DNA of 64,000 nt. It comes from Octopus vulgaris. Lineage: Eukaryota. Positions 55,481-64,000 of the stretch are shown here, piece by piece. The notes under the pieces were generated by a model that ran no database searches, had not been told where the DNA came from, and worked only from the letters and a program-made list of their open reading frames with translations. The number at the start of each line of letters is the position of its first letter. Position 1 is the stretch's first letter. The stretch covers positions 80,786,001-80,850,000 of the forward strand of contig OX597826.1 in NCBI GenBank assembly GCA_951406725.2, read 5' to 3'. The translations under genes were made by a program, and so were the position numbers.

Positions 55481-56514
55481 CCCATTGCAAACGTAAAAGT
55501 TACAAACGTAACGACTCCAACGGTTACAATGACCGTGGAGTTACCATGCAGTAATAACAAGGAGCAATTGCCATGCACTATAACATACAGCATAAAATAA
55601 AGCTACACAGGAAAACATTAATGGGTTACACATCTTTACCCTACAGAAATCTCCAAAACGATAGGCAATTGATGATTTAAGCAAGACCCAAAGTACTCTA
55701 GTCTCAAATATATCCATCTGATTAATGTTGTATAGATCGTGCAATCAAAACTATAATCCCGACGAAAATGGTTACACTAATCACACAAGCTTTGTCTAAT
55801 GTAAAGCGGACAGAACCCATGCCAACATCACTTCAGTCTGAAGATGAGGGTAAGTCTGGAAGTATTGATGGATTTTTCGAAGATTACTGTCTCAAACAAG
55901 CTCATGAATAAGCTTGATTAAACATGAAAATAGTGAAAAAAAAATGAAAGCTAGAACCCAATCTTGTATTTAATACAACAGACGTTTATGCCGAAATCCG
56001 GATTCTGCAATTTCAGCAACATTACTCGGCGACCTTCGCCTGCTGCCGATAGTTTTCTGTGTTTCTAACACTATACGCCAATGCTAGATACTTTCTGAAG
56101 ACGAATACCGTAATTTCAACGGATTTCAACATATACGCGCTTAAACCATGTTTACAGGCCGCTGATTTTGAACTGCTTCCAGTGCTAATAATGAACGAAT
56201 ATATATACATAAACATGTGTGTGTGTGTGTGTACATACATACATACATACATACATAACATATACACACATGCATGTGCATGCGTGTGAAATTTGTGTGT
56301 TCAAAATAACCTACTAACCTACTTAAATACATACATACATACATACATACATACATACATACATACATACATACATACATACATACATACATACGTACAT
56401 ACATACATGTATATAGCTATATGTGAAATTTACGGAAAACAAAAGACGAAGATAATTGTATGAACAGCAAGCAGGTGTATTAGTTTGACGCTCGGGAAAG
56501 TAAGTCTTTTACGT

Positions 56515-56581
<67 letters not shown>

Positions 56582-56649
56582 CGTTTTGTTTACCATGTAG
56601 GCGGTCATCGAAATTTTTGTTTGTCTTGTTGCCGAGAGAGGCTCCCTTT

Positions 56650-56731
56650 CTTTCCTGATAAGAAGATTGCATCTTACACCCTTTATTCCTTTGGAATGAA
56701 ACCATGTTGTCTTCGAAACATATGTCGAGAG
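56650..56731 (+). ncRNA. Type I hammerhead ribozyme with G8A change (GUC site)
   Basis: ctttc-CTGATAA-gaaga...tcttc-GAAA-catatg-TC-gagag, with palindromic stem III ACATATGT. It lies in an island of about 200 bp (56578-56781) between (TA)n tracts. Confidence 0.7.
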
Positions 56732-56781
56732 TAAAGGAATTTTGTTAACATCTTCGTTCGACTCCATTCTTTCATTTATTC

Positions 56782-56812
<31 letters not shown>

Positions 56813-56984
56813 AATGAGGTAATCAGATCGGATGGTTCATATTTATAGATATTTATTTACATATTACATTTTTTACATATATATATCTATCATATCATTC
56901 AGATCATATCATTCGGATTATTAGCGCTTTCTCCCATTCCTCATTTTTTCTAATATATAATACCTGTACATCATCTCCAAACCT

Positions 56985-57031
<47 letters not shown>

Positions 57032-58210
57032 CGTACGTACTTGCATGAATCTTTCCAGCTATAGAAAGTAGAACTGAATCGTTTTGTGTATTTGTATTAG
57101 AAAAAAAAATATTTATTCTAATGAGAAAAACATGTTGATGATAACATTCTGTGTCACGAAGTGGGGTGAGGTGTGGAAAATGAAGTTTTTTACTCTGCTG
57201 GTTTTTAATGAATTCTTTAAAAAATGAAGGAGTGGAACGGTGGTATGGATGATGAGTAATACAGAATGAATTTTCGATCCCTATAAACTGCAAGTATTAC
57301 TGATAAGTAGCTTGAAATATAATCATTGCATATCGCTAGTATTTTGTCCATGGTCAATGCATCAAATATGTGAATACTAACTTAACTATCTGCACATATG
57401 GATTGCATCTGTAAATTATTTAATTTCCAAACGATTCAAAATATCCTACACAAAAAACATCTGGGTGTTCTTATATTTACTGATTCTTTCGTCAACTTTG
57501 CAAAGTACAATGAAGGTTATGCTTCACTAATGAGATTAGAATAATACTGAAACATGCCCAAAGTTGCCTCCCGTACTCGCCTGAATAATTAAAATAGTAT
57601 TGACTTCTAACATCGACACAAGACCTCGAATTTTTGGAATGAATATAGTGGGTTACATCGAATCCAGTTTGATACAGTATTTCATCGACCCCGAAGGAAT
57701 GAATGGCAGAGAGACGACCCTGTCAGAAGTTGAACTCTAAACGGAAATAGTCGCATTCCAAGCGTTTTTCTCGTACTCTAAATGTTTCTTGCAATAGGCA
57801 CAAGACCTGAGATTTGGAAGGAGGATGAAGTCGATTGCTCAATTGGTTCTTATTTTATCGACCCCGAAAAGGTGAAAAGTAAAGACGACGTCGGCGGAAT
57901 TTGAACTGAGAACGTAAAGAAATTCCACCGCAGAAGGACAGGACAAACGCCTCTAAGCATTTTGTACGGCACGCCAACGATTCTGCCAGCTCGCCGCCAT
58001 GGTTAAAATGATATTAGTCAATTACTAATTCTCTTTCAACAAAGTATGATTATTTCTAGTAAGTGTTTGATGCTCCCTGCCTTGAAATGGTAACACTAAC
58101 TTCACGAGAGTGTTCCCATATTTGGAATAGTCTATTATCTGCATGAAGTGTTGTTAAAAAAATGAAATGATAAAATATTCCTGGGTTACAAGTTCAGATC
58201 CGTTCCAGAC

Positions 58211-58413
58211 GAAAGGCGGCGAGCTGGCAGAATCGTTAGCGCACCGGGCAAAATGCTTAGCGGTATTTCGTCTGCCGCCTCGTTCTAAGTTCAAATTCCG
58301 TCGGGGTCGATGAAATAAGTACCAGTTACGCACTGGGGTCGATATAATCGACTTAATCCGTTTGTTCTTGTTGTCCCCTCTGTGTGTAGCCCCTTGTTGG
58401 CAGTAAAGAAATA
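58211..58413 (+). mobile_element. SINE family A with 15-bp TSD
   Basis: TSD agatccgttccagac at 58196-58210 and 58414-58428. Confidence 0.88.
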
Positions 58414-59283
58414 AGATCCGTTCCAGACAATACTTTTCGGCTTTACTCAGTCAATAAAACGGCAGTGAATAATTCGTTACTAGCGATGGAGGTAGAATCA
58501 GTTTGAAATAGCATTGTGTAGATCTTACTTAACGTATATAGAAAGCCACAATGCTGCAGTATCTGCCTTGAGGAAGCTTCTCGTATACACGTATAGTGAT
58601 TTTTAGCGTTTGCGTCTATTGATACATAGAAGTGTATCAGTAACAAACGAAAAGCGTCCAGTAGCGACACTTGTTACTGATGACGTGCAAAGACTCAGAA
58701 ATGTGATTTAGCAATTCCGACACCCTTCTGTGCTTTTTAGCACTATACGTCTGAAGCTTTCGCAAGACGAACATTGCAGTTTCATGGCTTTCGATAGTAT
58801 ATCCCTGTTAAATAAGAAATATATAATGCTATAACTGTAGTGAATGATGTTTTTATTTGCCAAAAATGATGTTCTGCAGCAAACTCTCAATTTCGATGCT
58901 ATATCTCTATATTTAAGAAACAAGAGAGTGAGAAAAATGTGGAAAATGGAGCCAAATGCTCACTCACTCACTCGCACACATACAGGAATATAAATATACT
59001 GTTTATACTGCGACAACGATAAATAAAACCATTAATCTTTAATTAAATGTATTGTTTAGTATAAACAGTTTCTTGGGAACTATTTCAGAAATATGAGAAA
59101 GAACGAGAACGCCTATCAGTTTGATTTGGCCAGGCCAGGTTAATCGTTGCTGTTTTATCTCTTCAAAGCAAACTCTCTTGTTGTCTCTTCTCAAGTTTCT
59201 CTTTGCTTTGGGAATCAACAGGTGGCGTTGCTCTGACACCACATCTTATCTCTTCTTCTGTTCTTCCTTCCTTTCTCTGTTTC

Positions 59284-59375
<92 letters not shown>

Positions 59376-59985
59376 GTTGGTGTTCATCTGTTTGTTTGTG
59401 TCTGGTTTTTTTTCTTTTGTCTTTTTTTTCTTCTTCTTCCGTTCGATACTTTCTCCAGACCGTTTCCTTTGAACCAGCCCTGACCACATCGCTAAATATT
59501 TTCTACGAGTCTTCAAATCCGGTTGTCTGTAGCTGACATTCATATCTGGTTTTCAATATCAATTGGAACCGGACTTTGATGTCGTTGGTTTACACTATAT
59601 ATATATATATGTGCGTGCGTGTGTATAAGCATATATTTGTGTGTGTATATACATATATATATGCGTGTGTGTGTGTGTCTGTGCGTGTGTCTGTGTCTGT
59701 GTGTGTGTGTGTGTGTGTAGAGTGTTAGGTGTGGTGTACAGAAATTGAATATTGAGAAAAAAATGTCGTTAGAATTTTGGAAGAAAAAATCTTTTTATTT
59801 CATCGTTAGCACTTTCGTTCCATTCTCGAACTTGTCAAAGAAAATTTTGTGGAAGTACAAACAGCTCGTTCATTTATATAAAACATGTTTTTTGGGCGAG
59901 GTTGTTTAGAGGAGAACATTGTTTTTGTTTTTGGGGGCCAGGTTCCGTGACAGTGGAGCTGGATTGATAGGAATATAGGTAGGTC

Positions 59986-60036
<51 letters not shown>

Positions 60037-60062
60037 GGTTGGATGGACAGACAGACAGACGA

Positions 60063-60112
<50 letters not shown>

Positions 60113-60647
60113 GGACGGACGGACGGACGGACGGACGGACAGACAGACAGACGGACAGACAGACAGACGGACAGACAGACAGACGGACAGACAGACAGAC
60201 GGACAGACAGACGGACAGACAGACAGACAGAAGGGGTATCCCCCTTCCTATTCACCATTTATTTATTTATTTCGTCCTTTACCATTGTGTTTGAATGGGT
60301 TTAAGAATGGTGACCTCTTCAAAAAAAAAACCGGTGCGGTTTGGTCATCACTGAAAGTCATTTTCCTTTCTTTCTCTCTTCCCCTTTCCCTCTTTCTTTC
60401 TTTTTCTCCTCTTTGAGTTATATTTAGAATACAAAATGTACTGTTTCCTCTTCAAAACAATCAAAAACATGCACACACACACACACACTCTCCAAAATTA
60501 AATGTTTTAAAAAAACTACCTAGACCCGTGTCTCCATTGCAAGAAATTGTTAGCAGCTCGTATCTTTATGCTATGTACATTAAATGATATATATACTCCA
60601 CACACACATATTTCTACACCACACACAAACAAACACACACATAAACA

Positions 60648-60712
<65 letters not shown>

Positions 60713-61454
60713 TATGTGTATATATATATATACACACATATATATATATATTCTATTCATACAACCATGCATACAAACGTATATTTGTCTCAAGTGCAAA
60801 TATGAGAAGACGGTTTATTATCAAATTAATGAGACCATCCACTCAACAATTTGATACTGTTTGACTAATTCTTTATTTATATTAGTTTCCTACTCGCCCT
60901 AGTTTACAAAATTAGTTCCTTGAAAGGCAAAGTAACATTAAATTTATTAATTTAAAAAAAAACAGTCATATTTTATTAAATGTTTGGATAAATATATTTT
61001 TAGTCTCTATTTCTTTTTCTGGACACAGCGAGCAAACTATATGAAGAATATGAATTATCCACGTGACATTGTAATTGTTTTTACAGTTTCTCCCAGAACT
61101 ATGCAGGGGATCCCTATATTACCAATATATACATTTACAACCCCCTCCATCTGTAACTTGTTTGATTAGGGCTAACGCACGGAAACCTTGGTCCTTGAGT
61201 CACTCTGTTGCGTCTCCTAAATATTAATAAAAGTAATAATGGTTTCAAATTTTACCACAAGGCCAGCAATTTCGGGGAAGTGGGTAAGCCGATGACATTG
61301 ACCCCAGTGTTCAACTGGTACTTATTTTATCGACCCCGAAAGGATGAAAGGCAAAGCCGACCTCAGCGGAATTTGAACTCAGAACGTAAAGACGGATGAA
61401 ATACTGGTAAGTATTTTGCCCAGCGTGCTAACGATTCTGCCAGCTCACCGCCTT

Positions 61455-61490
<36 letters not shown>

Positions 61491-61493
61491 AAT

Positions 61494-61895
<402 letters not shown>

Positions 61896-62259
61896 GTAAC
61901 TTACTTGGAAATGGATGCGTGGCGTTCGATCATATAATAATATAAATTATATATATATATATGTACATGCCTACATATATATGTTTATATACATGCAGAC
62001 ATGGATACAGGACGTCAAAATAAAAACGTGAACAAAATGAGAAACGAGAACATAAAAAAAAAACATGGAGAACGAACTTTTTTTTGAAAAACGAAAGAAA
62101 CAAATAGAGAAACGAGACAGGCAACATAAAGAACATTCCCTTCATCAGTTGTCCCCTGTTTTATCTACTCCGTGTTTCGAGTGTAGGGACAAGACGTGAC
62201 ATCGTTAAAACAGTCGTTCCCGCAAAGCAAATTTTAAAAAATTGGGGATTTGCGGAGGG

Positions 62260-62318
<59 letters not shown>

Positions 62319-64000
62319 AAATGGGACAAGAACGCGAAACATCTGGACAACTAGGTGATACAAAAAGGGACAACAAAACATCCAGATAGACGATGCAAAA
62401 ACACAAGGACGGGTCATTCGAAGCTTCCTATCCTCAGTCAAGAACCGGATCATCCTCGCAATTTTGGATCTAGTGGTTAGAGCGTTGCACTTACGATCAA
62501 AAGACCGTGGTTTCAATTCCTAGACCGAGAGGCGCATTGTGTTCTTGAGCAAAAACGCTTCCTCTAACGTTGCTCCGCGCTCGCTTCGACACCTAGCTCG
62601 TGGCGCACCGAGCACCTGTTAAGGCAACGTCGATCTGATGAAGGGAGACAACTAATGTGCGGTACACGGATTTGATCGCTATAAACAAATCATTTGTGCC
62701 TGTCGTTCGACAAACGCTGAACGCTCACACATCGTCTTGGACGAGAGAGTCCGTCATACATACACACTCATGTGTTTGAGTTCTGTCTACTCTTTTCACT
62801 ACCAAATCTATTTCTGATTATAATTATATAAGCTATAATTCCTATTTCTTATATGTAAACTGCACAACAACAGATAGGAGCAGAAAGAAATGGTAAAAAA
62901 ATAAAATTCTACGTAGGTTTTAATGATGCACCGCCATTACTCTCAGACCCAACACTAAGGAAATAAAGTAACACAGTTTCTGCTCTGTTTTTCTGTGTGT
63001 TTCATTGTTTGATTGATTAACCTGCCATTCCGGTAATATCATAGACTTCACTAATGGTAAGAAGGGCGTATATTTTGAATGATGGTAAACAATAGAAAAT
63101 GGCCCACGCTCTTAGGAAGATCAGACAGAAAGCTTTCTGATAAATAGCATTCTTCTGTTGCTTCTAAGCTGAAGAATATGTCACTGGACTCCTTCGCTGT
63201 GAGAAAAGCATTCTGCGATAGTTTCGAATCAACGAGATGCGTGGTCGTTTGGTCTGCATATATATAGCACCCAAATCACCTTCAAGACCAAGCTTTGGCT
63301 AATGTAGTCTTAGATACACAAAAACGATGGATATTCCCGACCAGAAATTCTTTAATTATAGATGAACTCGATCAGATCTGAGCTGGTTCTAAACAACAAA
63401 ACCCATCATCGACAGGCAGGGAGGAAATGTGTTGTTGTTTTTTTCTTACAGCTTAAATCTTCACCATCTCAAGTTGAACACAATCCACCACTGCCAGCCC
63501 CCATAGAGACCTATGGAGACCTTCCTGGATCTTTATTTTTGTTTATCCCTTTATTTCAGTTTATCCTTCACAACTAGAGTCACCCGAGAACATCGGCTGA
63601 ACCGACTGAATTGACGGGAGAAGGAGCGAGAGCGTCTGTTGGTGCCTTAAAACCAGTATTTGGAGCAGAAGAAACTCAATAATTTGAAAATATAGAGGGA
63701 TGGAACTCTGTTATCAAACCTCTGCTGCCTCGCGGCAGTACCTATCCATGCCGAAGATTTCAAGAGCAAACTTTGAGAAAAATAATCTGCTACTTAAGTG
63801 TCATTTTGTTTCTTTTCCGATTTCAATTAAATATGAAGTGTCTAACAATACAAAAAAAAAAAAAAAGACATGAAAGAGCTAAAGGAAGAAATTTTCGAAG
63901 TCGTCACTTCTCCTGCTAAAAGCAACAGCTAAATCCTTTAGAAATTACACTCGTGTGTCTTAAATAAAGAATTACATGCTGGACAAAAAGGGAAACGTAG

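Noticed and set aside
58670-58715. CTGATGA...GAAA candidate
   Set aside because: Stem II does not pair. Similar isolated CTGATGA hits near 30762, 39652, 43973(-), 49318, 62145(-) and 62635 also lack the full fold.
63362-63700. Possible plus-strand exons after ttcttacag and tatttcag acceptor-like sites
   Set aside because: The frames are short with no homology recognised, so RNA data would be needed.

Overview
This is an AT-rich animal genomic window with a very high microsatellite load, and it looks intergenic or intronic. Its SINE families and repeat content suggest a cephalopod such as Octopus, but that is an inference. No intact host protein-coding gene can be supported, and almost all long ORFs are microsatellite artefacts. 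Recognisable content includes three tRNA-derived SINE families, hAT and Tc2-type MITEs, a CR1/L2-type RT fragment, a 5'-inverted RTE-like LINE with a target-site duplication, and four fragments of an R4/Dong-like (RLE) LINE that all abut (CATA)n tracts. The main hidden signal is at least a dozen sequence-unrelated minimal type I hammerhead ribozyme (HHR) motifs with self-complementary stem III. Most sit in short non-coding elements next to (TA)n tracts, and several of these elements form 280-520 bp fold-back palindromes with the ribozymes pointing outward. This points to a diverse, microsatellite-associated family of non-autonomous Penelope-like or retrozyme-like elements. All structures were read by eye, so coordinates may be off by a few bases.
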